From NCBI GenBank assembly GCA_012295275.1, contig CM022674.1:15438001-15502000 (forward strand): a stretch of 64,000 bases of DNA, in the 5' to 3' direction. Of this stretch, positions 1-13,690 are shown piece by piece. Positions within the stretch are counted from its first letter, which is position 1; the number at the start of each line of letters is the position of its first letter. The translations under genes and the position numbers were made by a program. Source of the stretch: Chrysomallon squamiferum. Its lineage: Eukaryota > Animalia > Mollusca. The notes under the pieces were generated by a model. It saw nothing but the letters and a program-made list of their open reading frames with translations. It made no database searches and was not told where the DNA came from.

Positions 1-3000
1 TTAATTTATTTATTACTTAGATAATTGTTAATGTACTTACTTGCATTCTCACTTACTTTGAAACTTGCATCCTTGCTTAGTTAGGTCATTATTTACTTAC
101 TTACTTAATTTATTTCTTAGATAATTGTTAATGCACTTACTTACATTGTCACTTACATAGGTTACTATTTACTTACTGATTCGCTTCCTTGGTAACTTAG
201 GTCATTATTTACGAACTTACTTACTTTCTTACTTAGATATTTGTTAATGTACTAACTTATATTCTCACTAACTTAGATACTTGTTTCCCTCTTTACTTAG
301 GTCATTATTTACCTATCTACCTACTTTCTTTCTTACTAAGATAATTTTTAATGTACTTAGTTACATTGTCACTTACATAGGTTACTATTTACTTACTTGT
401 TTAGGTTACATTATTTTTACTTTCTTACTTAGATAATTTTTAATGTTAAATTTTCCTTCCTACTTAACTTAGGTCATTATTTACGAACTTATTTTTTTTC
501 CTTCTTACTTAGATAATTTTAATGTATTAAGTTATCATTCTCACTAAATTAGTTACTTTGAATAATTTTTCTTTGTTTACTTAGGTCATTATTTTACTTA
601 CTTTTTTTCTTTTTATTTTTTTATTTTATGTATTTACTTATTTACTTAGATACTTCTTACTTTATTTACTTTCTTTCTTACTTAGATAATTGTTAATGTA
701 CTTAGTTACATTTCACTTACTTAGGTTACTATTTATTTTTTATTCGCTTCTTGGTAACTTCCTTCCTTACTTAGGTCATTATTTCACGAACTTACTTTTT
801 TTTTTATTTATTATATAATTGTTAATTTACTTCATTTTCTTACTTAGATAATTTTTGAAAGTTCCATTTATTTTAGTTATTCATTTATTTATTATTTATT
901 TTTACTTTCTTTACTTAGATAATTGTTAATTTAGTTACATTTTACTTTAGGTTACTATTTACTTACTTATTCTCTTCCTTGCTTACTTAGGTCATTATTT
1001 ACGAACTATACTTACTTACTTTCTTACTTAGATATTTGTTAATGTACTAACTTACCTTACTTAGGTCTTGTTTCCTTTGTTTACTTAGGTCATTATTTAT
1101 TTATTTACTTATTTTTTCTTTCTTACTTAGATAATTGTTAATGCACTTAGTTACATTTGTCACTTACTTAGGTTCTTTATTTATTTACTGATATTTCCTT
1201 CCTTAACTTAGATAATTGTTTATTTAATTTTCATTAACTTACTTACTTTACTTTTTACTTAGATAATTGTTAATGTACTAACTAACATTCTCACCTACTT
1301 AGATTCTTGTTTCCATGTTTACTTAGGTCCTTATTTACCTATTTTACATTTTTTACTTTCTTACTTAGATAATTGTTAATGTACTTAGTTACATTGTCAC
1401 TTAATTAGGTTACTATTTATTTTACCTTATTCACTTATTTGAAACTTAGGTCATTATTTCCATTCTTTTTACTTTCTTTCTTACTTAGATAATTGTTAGG
1501 TCATTATTTATTTATTACTTAACTTACTATCTTACGTAGATAATTGTCAATGTAATGAAGTTGCATTCTCTTAACTTAAATTGATTTCTTGTCATTAATC
1601 TTTTACTTTCTTTTTACTTAGATAATTATTAATTTACTTAGTTACATTGTCACTTACTTTTTACTATTTACTTACTGATTACTTACTTTGTAATTTAGAT
1701 TAAATGCTAAAATAATGTACTTACTTACATTCTGACTGAATTAGGTTTGTTAATTTATTTATTTATATTTACGAAGACTTACTTTTTCCTATTTTTCATT
1801 TCTTGTTAATTTATTTACTTTTTTACTTAGATAATTGTTAATTCTTTTTATTTTCTTCCTTGTATTATTTCCATTTTATTTACTTCCTTTCTTACTTAGA
1901 TAATTTAGATAATTTGTTAATGCACTTAGTTACATTGTCACTATTTTACATCGGGTTACCATTTACTTACTTATTCGCTTTCCTTGCTTACTTAGGTCAT
2001 TATTTATTTACTTACTTACTTTCTTACGTAGATAATTGTTAATGTACTAAGTTGCATTCTCACTCAATTAGTTTCTTGAATCCTTGCTTACTTAGGTCAT
2101 TATTTACGATTTACTTACTTACTTTTTTTCTTACTTAGATAATTGTTAATGTACTTACTTACATTCTCACTGAACTTATTTATTTTATTTACTGACTCAC
2201 TTCCTCGGAAACTTAGGTCATTATTTCCATTCTTATGAATTTATTTTCTTTCTTACTTAGATAATTGTTAATGCACTTAGTTTCATTGTCACTTACTTAG
2301 GTTACTATTTACTTACTGATTGGCTTGATTGGTAACTTAGGTCATTATTTACGAACTTACTTTACTTTCTTACTTAGATATTTGTTAATGTACTAACTTA
2401 TATTCTCACTAACTTAGATACTTGTTTCCCTCTTTACTTAGGTCATTATTTACCTATCTACCTACTTTCTTTCTTACTAAGATGATTTTTAATGTACTTA
2501 GTTACATTCTCACTTACATAGGTTACTATTTACTTACCTATTCGCTTCATTGCTTACTTAGGTCATTATTTATGTTGTTACTTACTTTCTTACGTAGATA
2601 ATTGTTAATGTACGATGTTGCATTCTCACTGAATTAGTTTCTTGAGTCCTTGCTTACTTAGGACAATATTTACGAACTTACTTACTTACTTTCTTACTTA
2701 GATAATTGTTAATGTACTTACTTACATTCTCACTGAATTAAGTTACTATTTATTTACTGACTCACTTCCTTGCAAACTTAGGTCATTATTTCCATTCTTA
2801 TTTACTTTCTTTCTTACTTAGATAATTGTTAATGCATTTAGTTACATTCTGAGTTACTTAGGTTACTATTTACTCACAGATTCGCTTCATTGGTAACTTA
2901 GGTCATTATTCACGAACTTACTTACTTTCTTACTTAGATATTTTTAATGTACTAACTTACATTCTCACTTCCTTATATACTTGTTTCCCTCTTTTCTTAG

Positions 3001-6000
3001 GTCATTATTAACCTATTTACATACTTTCTTTCTTAGTTAGATAATTGTTAATGCACTTAGTTACATTGTCACTTACTTAGGTTACTATTTACTTACCTAT
3101 TCGCTTCGTTCCTTACTTAGGTGATTATTTCTATACTTACTTACTTTCTTACGTAGATAATTGTTAATGTACGAAGTTGCATTCTCACTCAATTAGTTTC
3201 TTGAATCCTTGCTTACTTAGGTCATTATTTACGAACTTACTTACTTACTTTCTTACTTACATAAATATTAATGTACTTACTTACATTCTGACTGAATTAG
3301 GTTACTATTTATTTACTGACTCGCTTCTTTGATAACTTAGGCCATTATTTCCATTCTTCTTTACTTTCTTTCTTACTTAGATAATTGTTAATGCACTTAG
3401 TTACATTGTCACTTACTTAGGTTACTATTTACTTACTGATTCGCTTCCTTGGTAACTTAGTCATTATTTACGAACTTAATTAGTTTCTTACTTAGATATT
3501 TGTTAATGTACTAACATATATTCTCACTAACTTAGATACTTGTTTCCCTCTTTGCTTAGGTCATTATTTACCTATCTACTTACTTTCTTTCTTACAAAGA
3601 TAATTTTTAATGTACTTAGTTACATTGTCACTTACATAGGTTACTAGTTTACTTTTACTTACTTAGGTCATTATTTATTACTTACTTACTTTCTTACGTA
3701 GATAATTGTTAATGTACGAAGTTGCATTCTCACTACATTAGTTTCTTGAATCCTAGCTTACTAAGGTCAATATTTACGAACTTACTTACTTTCTATCTTA
3801 GATAATTGTTAATGTACTTACTTACATTCTCACTCAACTAAGTTACTATTTATTTACTGACTCACTTCCTTGGAAACTTAGGTCGTTATTTCCATTCTTA
3901 TTTACTTTCTTTCTTACTTAGATAATTGTTAATGCACTTAGTTACATTCTCACTTACGTAGGTTACTATTTACTTACTGATTCGCTTCCTTGGTAACTTA
4001 GGTCATTATTTACGAACTTACTTTCTTACTTAGATATTTTTTAATGTACTAACTTATCTTCTCACTTAGTTACTTGTTTCCATGTTTACTTAGGTCATTA
4101 TTTACCTATTTACATATTTTCTTCCTTACTTAGATAATTGTTAATGTACTTAGTTACATTGTCACTTACTTAGGTTACTATTTACTTACCTATTCGCTTC
4201 CTTTCTTACTTAGGTCATTATTCACGAACTTACTTTCTTTTTTACTTAGATATTTTTAATGTACTAACTTACATTCTCACTTACTTAGATACTTGTTTCC
4301 CTGTTTACTTACGTCATTATTTAGCTATTTACATACTTTCTTTCTTACTTAGATAATTGTTAATGTACTTAGTTACATTGTCACTTACTTTGGTTACTAT
4401 TTACTTACCTATTCGCTTCGTTCCTTACTTAGGTGATTATTTCTATACTTACTTACTTTCTTACGTAGATAATTGTTAATGTACGATGTTGCATTCTCAC
4501 TCAATTAGTTTCTTGAATCCTTGCTTACTTAGGTCATTATTTACAAACTTAATTACTTACTTTCTTCCTTAGATAAATGTTAATGTACTTACTTACATTC
4601 TGACTGAATTAGGTTACTACTTATTTACTGACTCGCTTCTTTGATAACTTACGTCATTATTTCCATTCTTATTTACTTTCTTTCTTACTTAGATAACTTT
4701 TAATGCATTTAATTACATTTTCACTTACTTATGTTACTATTTACTTACAGATTCGCTTCATTGCTAACTTAGGTCATTATTCACGAACTTACTTTCTTTT
4801 TTACTTAGATATTTTTTCATGTACTAAATTACATTCTCACTTACTTAGATACTTGTTCCCATGTTTACTTAGGTCATTATTTATCTATTTACATACTTTC
4901 TTTCTTACTTAGATAATTGTTAATGCACTTAGTTACATTGTCACTTACTTAGGTTACTATTTACTTACCTATTCGCTTCGTTCCTTACTTAGGTGATTAT
5001 TTCTATACTTACTTACTTTCTTACGTAGATAATTGTTAATGTACGAAGTTGCATTCTCACTCAATTAGTTTCTTGAATCCTTGCTTACTTACGTCATTAT
5101 TTACGAACTTACTTACTTACCTTCTTACTTAGATAAAAGTTAATGTACTTACTTACATTCTGACTGCATTAGGTTACTATTTATTTACTGACTTGCTTCT
5201 TTGATAACTTAGGTCATTACTTCCATTCTTATTTACTTTCTTGCTTACTTAGATAATTGTTAATGCACTTAGTTACATTGTCACTTACTTAGGTTACTAT
5301 TTACTTACTGATTGGCTTGATTGGTAACTTAGGTCATTATTTACGAACTTACTTACTTTCTTACTTAGATATTTGTTAATGTACTAACATATATTCTCAC
5401 TAACTTAGATACTTGTTTCCCTCTTTACTTAGGTCATTATTTACCGATCTACCTGCTTTGTTTCTTACTAAGATAATTTTTAATGTACTTAGTTACATTG
5501 TCACTTACATAGGTTACTATTTACTTACTTATTCGGTTCCTTCCTTACTTAGGTCTTTATTTATGTACTTACTTACTTTCTTACGTAGATAATTGTTAAT
5601 GTACGAAGTTGCATTCTCACTCAATTAGTTTCTTGAATCCTTGCTTACTTAGGTCAATATTTACGAACTTACTTACTTTTTTACTTCGATAATTGTTAAT
5701 GTACTGACTTACATTCTCACTGAACTAAGTTACTATTTATTTACTGACTCACTTCCTTCGAAACTTAGGTCATTATTTCCATTCTTATTTACTTTCTTTC
5801 TTACTTAGATAATTGTTAATGCACTTAGTTACATTGTCACTTACTTAGGTTACTATTTACTTACTGATTGGCTTGATTGGTAACTTAGGTCATTATTTAC
5901 GAACTCACTTACTTTCTTACTTAGATATTTGTTAATGTACTAACTTACATTCTCACCTACTTAGATACTTGTTTCCATGTTTACTTAGGTCCTTATTTAC

Positions 6001-7160
6001 CTATTTACATATTTTATTTCTTACTTAGATAATTGTTAATGTACTTAGTTACATTCTCACTTACTTAGGTTACTATTTACTTACCTATTCGCTTCCTTCC
6101 TTACTTAGGTCATTATTTAGATACTTACTTACTTTCTTGCTTAGATAATTGTTAATGTACGAAGTTGCATTCTCACTCAATTAGTTTCTTGAATCCTTGC
6201 TTCCTTAGGTCAATATTTACGAACTTACTTACTTACTTTCTTACTTAGATAAATGTTTATGTACTTACTTACATTCTAACTGAATTAAGTTACTATTTAT
6301 TTACTGACTCACTTCCTTGGAAACTTAGGTCATTATTTCCATTCTTATTTACTTTCTTTCTTACTTAGATAATTGTTAATGCACTTAGTTACATTGTCAC
6401 TTACTTAGGTTACTATTTACTTAGTGATTCGCTTCCTTGGTAACTTAGGTCATTATTTACGAACTCACTTACTTTCTTACTTAGATATTTGTTAATGTAC
6501 TAACTTACATTCTCACCTACTTAGATACTTGTTTCCATGTTTACTTAGGTCCTTATTTACCAATTTACATATTTTCTTTCTTACTTAGGTAATTGTTAAT
6601 GTACTTAGTTACATTGTCACTTACTTAGGTTACTATTTACTTACCTATTCGCTTCCTTCCTTACTTAGGTCATTATTTCTATACTTACTTACTTTCTTAC
6701 ATAGATAATTGTTAATGTACGATGTTGCATTCTCACTCAATTAGTTTCTTGAATCCTTGCTTACTTAGGTCATTATTTACGAACTTACTTACTTACTTTC
6801 TTACTTAGATAAATGTTAATGTACTTACTTACATTCTGAATGAATTAGGTTACTATTTATTTTCTGACTCGCTTCTTTGATAACTTAGATCATTATTTCC
6901 ATTCTTATTTACTTTCTTTCTTACTTAGAATCTTGTTAGTGCACTGAGTTACATTGTCATTTACATACTGATTCGCTTCCTTGGTAACTTAGGTCATTAT
7001 TTACGAACTTACTTACTTTCTTACTTAGATATTTGTTAATGTACTAACTTATATTCTCCTAAGCTTAGATACTTTTTTCCCTCTTTATTTAGATCATTAT
7101 TTACCTATCTACCTACTTTCTTTCTTACTAAGATAGTTTTTGATGTACATAGTTATATTG
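1..7160. repeat. Satellite array: ~104-120-bp monomers organised as a ~560-bp 5-mer higher-order repeat
   Basis: Motifs AGATAATTGTTAATG and ACTTAGGTCATTATTT recur every ~104-120 bp. The diagnostic monomer GTACGAAGTTGCATTCTCACTCAATTAG recurs at ~2610, 3170, 3715, 4481, 5041, 5601, 6157 and 6717. The first ~2 kb is scrambled. Confidence 0.93.
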
Positions 7161-7266
7161 TCGTGTTAGGTTGACCTGAGAGATATTTAAAAATGTATAA
7201 GCACAAGGAATCTTATTAATTTTTAAATATCGATTGTGTATTTTATATTCATAATTTTATTTTCAG

Positions 7267-8245
7267 TGGATTTAATCATGTAGAAGAAACACCTGTAATG
7301 CTTAGCAGATACAATTTTGCAAATAGAACTGACCTAAGTTTTTATAATTCACTGTTAAAGGTACTTTTTAAAAAGGAGCCATATTTATATTTAATGATGA
7401 AAATGCCACAGCTTGTGAAGATTTCAGAGAAAAAACTGATAGAATGTTAAATATTATTTCAGAACTATGTTTTATTTTGATGAAATGATGATACTAATGC
7501 CTTTGAAACAAGTTGATGACCTTACAAAAATGATTTTCCAGAACCTGACAAAGTGCGTAGATATTTAGAACGAAGGTCAGTGTTACAGACTACACTATTT
7601 TCTACAACATACGAAGGAGCAGGTGAAGAGGAAATTTTGAAAACATTCGAACATACAAAAAACAGGGAATGTCGAGATGCTAGGTGTAGAGAAAACGATG
7701 GTTTATGTAGAGGTAGAGGAAAGATAGGTTATTCTACTAAAGCAACACAAGAAACAGATATGGAGAAAAGAGGTCCACGTGAAAAGCATAGCAGAGATAA
7801 TCTGACAGACAGTTTTCAGACTGACCAAAGGTTAAACCAAAAAACAGCTTCACAGACTAGTTTATTCTCGACAGCTGCTGCAGAGTCTGACAGTAATGAT
7901 AATAAAGGTTCAGAAGTTTCTACACCCACAAAACCCAACAGAAGACGGCGAAAAAATGTGAAACACCAACAACCAGAAAAAGACGAAACAACAGTGACAA
8001 ATGAAGGAATTATATTCAAAGATAACACAGATGTCAGCAGTACAGGTTTAACAGGAAGAAGAAAATCACTATCAAGTCTCTGTTCTTCCTGAACTAATGG
8101 AAATTTGGATAACCTTAAACATGATGAAATTATTGACAAAGTATTCAACATTCTTCTTGAAAAATTTAATGGACGTGCAGAGATCTCGAATCTGATGAAA
8201 GAAACCAGTCTTCCTGTAGAAGCTAAACGTGTTTCGTGGTTTTAT
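7267..8245 (+). pseudogene. PARP12/ZAP-like copy A, truncated fragment of the large N-terminal exon
   Basis: Acceptor tttcag at 7261-7266 as in the other copies. ORFs 7553-8092 and 8105-8302 align with copies B and D (RRYLERRSVLQTTLFS...ILLEKFNGRAEISNLMKETSLPVEAKRVSWFY). In-frame stop at 8090. Homology ends at 8245, before the zinc fingers. Confidence 0.88.
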
Positions 8246-8799
8246 GTAAATACTCTAGAGATAATTTTAAAGCAGTCAACGTTACGCACAGTGATTATAT
8301 AAAAAGATAATTTGTACAACTATTAGATTTGTGGAGAGGTATTGTTGGAATCATTAGCATATTATGCATTGTACAATATCGACATTTAATAAAGATATTT
8401 ATTACAAATTGCAAGTGTTTTCATTTTTATTAACATTTTCACGTTTAATGATTGAATTAATGGAGAATATTCCTCTTCGGAGTCGGGGTTAGAAGGTACA
8501 AATACTTTCCTGTATTCAGACTCAAATATGTTAATCATATCAAATTTAAATGAATGCATTATTTTTAATTTGATATAAATACTTCATTTACTATCACTAC
8601 TTAACAACAAGAATTATTAATTTTGTTGGTGGTGGTTTTTATAATTTGTTCACACTATATTTAATTTTATTAATAAATAACGAAAAGAAAATGAAGGAAA
8701 ATTAAAGAAAATAAATAAATAAATATATAAATCATTAATAATAACGTATAAACGAGTTCTGCTTGTTATTTATCAAATAGTTACCGTTAACTTGTTCGT

Positions 8800-8975
8800 A
8801 ATTCGACAGCTACTGCGCATGATCATTGAGAACCGGAACTACACGCAGTACCAACACTCGTCAAATAATAATATATAGTGACTAATGATGCCATTCTGCG
8901 CGACAAATTCCGGAGATAATACTATACCTGTAACGACACAGTAGAAATGACGTCAGAGCTATTGTTGTACGCGAA
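8800..8975 (+). pseudogene. Highly degenerate remnant of the tyrosine-decarboxylase-like C-terminal exon (also at ~34725-34885)
   Basis: CAGCTACTGCGCATGATC...GAAATGACGTCAGAGCTATTGTT matches the anchors of the exon at 39694-39890 (AAGCTACTGCGCATGGTC...GAGATGACGTCAGAGCTATTGTT) at similar spacing. Confidence 0.65.
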
Positions 8976-9090
8976 AACAAAGTTGTGCTTTGCTTTTAAG
9001 ACCATCTAGGAACACACAAAAGCCTCTTTATTTTAGCTTCAGAACGCCAAAACGTGAAGTATAGATTGCTTTTAATAGTTTGTTTCTTCG

Positions 9091-9162
<72 letters not shown>

Positions 9163-9745
9163 TTTAATTTTTACAGTGTGGTTTTCCATCATCATTGTTT
9201 TTACTTTATAATTAGTACTGATTTATTATTATTTTTTTATTACTTTTTAAAAATACTTTTTGTGTTTGTTTATTTGTATTAAATAAATAAATAAATAAAA
9301 AGATTAAACCTATCAATAAACGTATCACATTAAAAAGCCGATATAAAAAATAAATCACATCGGTAAACAAATCAAACTTTAACTTTTTTATTTATTTTTT
9401 ATTTCTTCCTTTATTTTAAATTTCCTTCTGCCATATTTCAGCAAAAGCAGTAGCTTGCAGTAAATTAATTTAATATCTACCTCTGTAATAAAACCACAAA
9501 CATTTAATTTTTAATGGATCTGTGGGGAAGAAAACCTGGAACGAGGAACTAGCCGGTCTGTATATTTAACGACTGTAAAAACTAACTGTGGTTTTCTATA
9601 ATCACTGGGTATTAACACGTTCGCCTGTTGTGACTCGTCATGAGGTTAAACACACAAAACAAAGACTAAGAAGGTTCAAGCTGTGAACTGGGCGTGAGAA
9701 GTGAAACCGAAAATGGAAACAGACTGAAAAACGTCACTTGTGAAA

Positions 9746-9862
9746 ATGTTCTTGCGTTTGATAATCTGTGGTGAGTTCATAGGTCTGTTTTAGTTCGGTG
9801 TTGTTTATTTTTATATATTTACTTATTAATTAATTTCTTTATTCATTCATCTTTTTATTTCA

Positions 9863-9893
<31 letters not shown>

Positions 9894-10950
9894 TTAATGT
9901 TTTAGTATTTGTATTGTCTCAGCTTCAGAAATTTGTCGCTAGCAAATCGTCTCCCTTTGATTTTGAAAACGACACCAGTCGTGATCAATTTCTAACCCAG
10001 TTCCGATATAGCACAACAGCTCCGGAACGTCAAAGGAATAACACGAAATTTGATGGAAACAACCGGAGCGTTCCGGAACTTTACGAAAAACCCAAACTGT
10101 CAGGAGTACTCATGGGAAGATTGGAAACGGACCAAGCATCTTTCCTCAACACTACCCAGTCCCTGTGCCTAAACAAGGAACGGTAACTCGTCGACATATT
10201 CTATCAAATGGTCAGGTTATAACTCATAAACATTCCGCACCACTGGCTTACTCTGTCATCAACGGCAGAGTGGTAGCACGGGTTTTACCCCACCAGCACG
10301 TGCAGGTATCACAAGCCGATGACCACGAAGGTCGTCTGAATGTTGCCTCAGAAGACCACCCAGTTTCCGTCCCGAAACAAGGAACGGTAACTCACCAACA
10401 CTTGTTACCTCACAGACAGACACTACCACTGGAAATGGAACCGCTAGAGTTTTGCCTCAAAGATGCCTACGAAACGTCATCGCCAACGATCATCCTGTGT
10501 ACTTACCTCAACATACAGCTATCATACATCAACGCGTTTTGAAAAATGGAACATCGATCACGCACAGACACACAGTTCCAGTGGGCTACTGGGTACGCAA
10601 AGGAAACGTTGTTGGCCGCGTTTTGCCTCACACACACGCGGTACCCGTGCCGTTGTCGCAAGGACTTCGTCAAACGCCAACAACCAACAATTACAATGCT
10701 GCATTAGCTAATTCCCTCTTTTATCCAGTACAATATGTCAAGCGAATGAACGATCTCAATCGTTCTGCCATGAGAGGGTCCGTTTTGTATTCAGGACACT
10801 AACTTACCCCGACGACCTACAACTACAACGCTGCTGTAGCAACATCTCTACTGTATCCTAATGTGTTGGCAGCACCACCAACAGCTGTTACAAGACGCAC
10901 TAAAACAGGAAAACGGTCGCGTCAGTGCTGTCTCGTCCTTGCACCCTAAT
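9746..10950 (+). pseudogene. Two-exon secreted protein with repeated His-spaced motif, frameshifted
   Basis: Exon 1 9746-9770 (donor gtgagt) plus exon 2 from 9906 give signal-peptide-like MFLRLIICVFVLSQLQ. Three overlapping ORFs (9914, 10165, 10452) join by frameshifts. The motif (R/H)xHxLxNGxxITHxH...NGxVVxRVLPHxH occurs twice fully and once partially. Confidence 0.6.
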
Positions 10951-11399
10951 CGTCTTCCGAATAACCAGAGACCGCGATTAATCGACGATATCGATATAAA
11001 CAGCAACGATTATCGTAGAAGACTTAGATAACATACTGCACTGTAATTATTATTTTGTTGTTTAGTGTGAATGTTTTTCATCAGATTCAGCAGTAATGTT
11101 TAAGTAAGAGAAAAGAAAGTTATATTTTCTGTTTTGACTAAAACCATTTATTATGTGTGTGATTGTGTGTGTGTGTGTGTGTGTGTGTGTATTTCTTGTT
11201 TGTAATTGTTTTTCGGCTCATCAGCTATATTATCTGCAAAACAAAACAAAGAAAAAAAAAGTCATCTTTTATACATATATACATGCATTCGGAGTTTTCA
11301 TAGTTTGAAATACGATGCTTACTTTCGAAAGATAATATGTAAACTTAGAAAGATAGCTGAAAATAATTCTACGTATTATTTCTGTGCATGAAATAAATT

Positions 11400-12690
11400 T
11401 TGGGTATTCCTGGTAATCAGAAGACTCAGCTCTTTCTGCTAGACGTGTAGACAAACCTTCTGTCATTATTCCTGAATGTGTGCTACTAATAAGCTGTCTT
11501 TGCCTTGTCTTATCTAAATATACAGATACACATACACGCACAGGCACACATATATACTCGGACAACTATTTAAATGTATCACAACATAATAATATACCAT
11601 TATTATAATGTTTTTAAAATGTAAATAAATGAAATAAATTGTATTCTGTGAGTATTCGTACCTATTGGTTAATTTATCCACGTACAGGTCCCTGGGAACA
11701 CCGAATGTTGATAGTGGGAATGTTCAGTTGGCAGTTCCTGCAATAGGTCCGCGCCTGATTTGTTAGCCATAAGTTGACGTCGCGTTGAAGTTGTTGACAG
11801 TCAATTCTGTTAATGAAGTTACAGCCGTTTGACACAACGCTGACATATACCCGACCACCTGAAAACAGTTTATAATTATATATAACTGAAAACGGTAACT
11901 CATCAGATGGATAGACGGAGTGATAAAGAGACAATGAATAATGACAAAGCAATCCAACGAAGACAAAGACACAGTAAGTAAGTAAGTAACGAAGTAAATA
12001 CTATTTTACCCTGGTTTAGAACTGGTCTCACTGTGCCTCTTGTCCAAGGTCTTCGTGTTGTACGGCGAGACCATGGCCACCTTGTCGTCTGTCTCGACCA
12101 CGTCCTTCTTGTAGGCGACATGTGACTGTTCCAGTGTTGCCATGACGAAGTGGCTGTCTGCCATCTTTGTCTGAAGTGGGTCTCGTAAATCTGGGAATCT
12201 GCTGAAACTGGTTTCGGTTAGGGCGACGATTTCAGTTCGGGTTGTTGGTTCGCTGACTCCAGTTTGGACTGTTTTTTCGCCGATTCCAGTTTTGGTTGAA
12301 GCAATCCGTTCTTGAGATACTGGAAGATTCCACACATCTTCTGAAATTGTCGTCAAATAATGTGCCGTAAAAATGCGCTGTAAAGATATAAAACAATATG
12401 AAATTATTTACCGAAACCTAGTAGGTATACTTCGTCCATTTCTACAGGTATGCAGCAGTTAGAAAGTAGAAACAAATATAAAAATCGAAAACTAAACCAG
12501 CTGTAAAATTAATGTATAGAAAATTATGTTGGACATTTGAAGCTAGGTGTCAGGGAAATTACAAGCCATTCATAGAGATCATTTAAAAATTAACACCTTT
12601 AACCGATATTTCAAGGAACGTAGCAAGAAGTAATCTGGTAGTGTAAACATGAAAGAAATGTTGTGTGGTCCTTGTTTTGATTTTCACTGT
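11400..12690 (-). pseudogene. Degenerate multi-exon gene with partial chitin-binding type-2 (CBM14-like) domain and Trp/Arg/Thr-rich linker
   Basis: Exon ~12378-12010 (acceptor tttacag) reads YGTLFDDNFRRCVESSSISRTDC, then NQNWNRR...PNWSQR..., then after a stop and frameshift WSRQTTRWPWSRRTTRRPW. The next exon ~11858-11663 is Cys-containing (GGRVYVSVVSNGCNFINRIDC...YCRNC). Confidence 0.45.
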
Positions 12691-13481
12691 AAAATACGCC
12701 TTCATACATTCTTTATTTTACTTTGTGTATATATAAACAGCCAAATATTCACTTCTACTTCCTCGACAATTATTGCTATAACTACTACCACTACTATAAC
12801 GTACTACTACTATTGTTACAACTGATATTTATACTATAACCTCTGCTACGATTAACAGGCAGTATTTAGGAATGTGAAGCTACGTTTATGTAAACTAGTG
12901 GTATGTCCACAACTTCCAGTAAGAAGATTTACCTTGCTTATGACATTCACAGCAAATACATTTTAAAAAAGAAACAGATCGAAAGAAAAAGACAATAAAT
13001 AAAATAATAATAATAATAATAATCATCATCATCATAATAATAATAATAAAAACAATTAAAAAAAACAGCAGCAACCCACAAACGAAAGAGTTAACTATAA
13101 CACATGAAGAAACGACAAATATATCACTCTTTCTTTGCACTAACGTAATATGATAATCATTTTATGTAATGGAGTGGGTGTTGGATTTTATAAAAAAAAA
13201 TCAAAATTAAACAAAACCCAATAAATTTTGCACGACACAAAAGCGAAATACACCAAACGGTCGGTTAAAGACCGCGAAAGACCGCGATGTACTGCGACTT
13301 TGCAAGGCCTCTCTAGGCCGCTTCTCCATAAAGGTCGTGTCATTTTCAGTCACCTCGGCTTTAAAATTCCAGCTTTACTCGCATAAAGGCTTTTCAAACG
13401 AATGTTCTTCATAGCTAGTCGTTCCTGTTGTCAAGCGAGACAAAATCTGTTAACTTAAACTGCTTATAATTTATCTAGTCC

Positions 13482-13513
<32 letters not shown>

Positions 13514-13642
13514 TACTCCTCCTACTACTCCTACTACTACTACTCCTACTACACCAACTACTACTACTATTACTACTTCTACCATTACTACTACTACAAC
13601 AGGAAGTACACTTAAAATAAACCATGACCTTATTATATTGCG

Positions 13643-13690
<48 letters not shown>

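Noticed and set aside
1-7160. Telomeric array or CRISPR
   Set aside because: TTAGG occurs only once or twice per ~110-bp monomer, not in tandem. There are no unique spacers or cas genes, and the context is eukaryotic.
12006-12356. 116-aa ORF as a real protein because it is conserved at 36735-37085
   Set aside because: Conservation reflects the recent duplication, the start is non-ATG, and another frame carries the recognisable motif.
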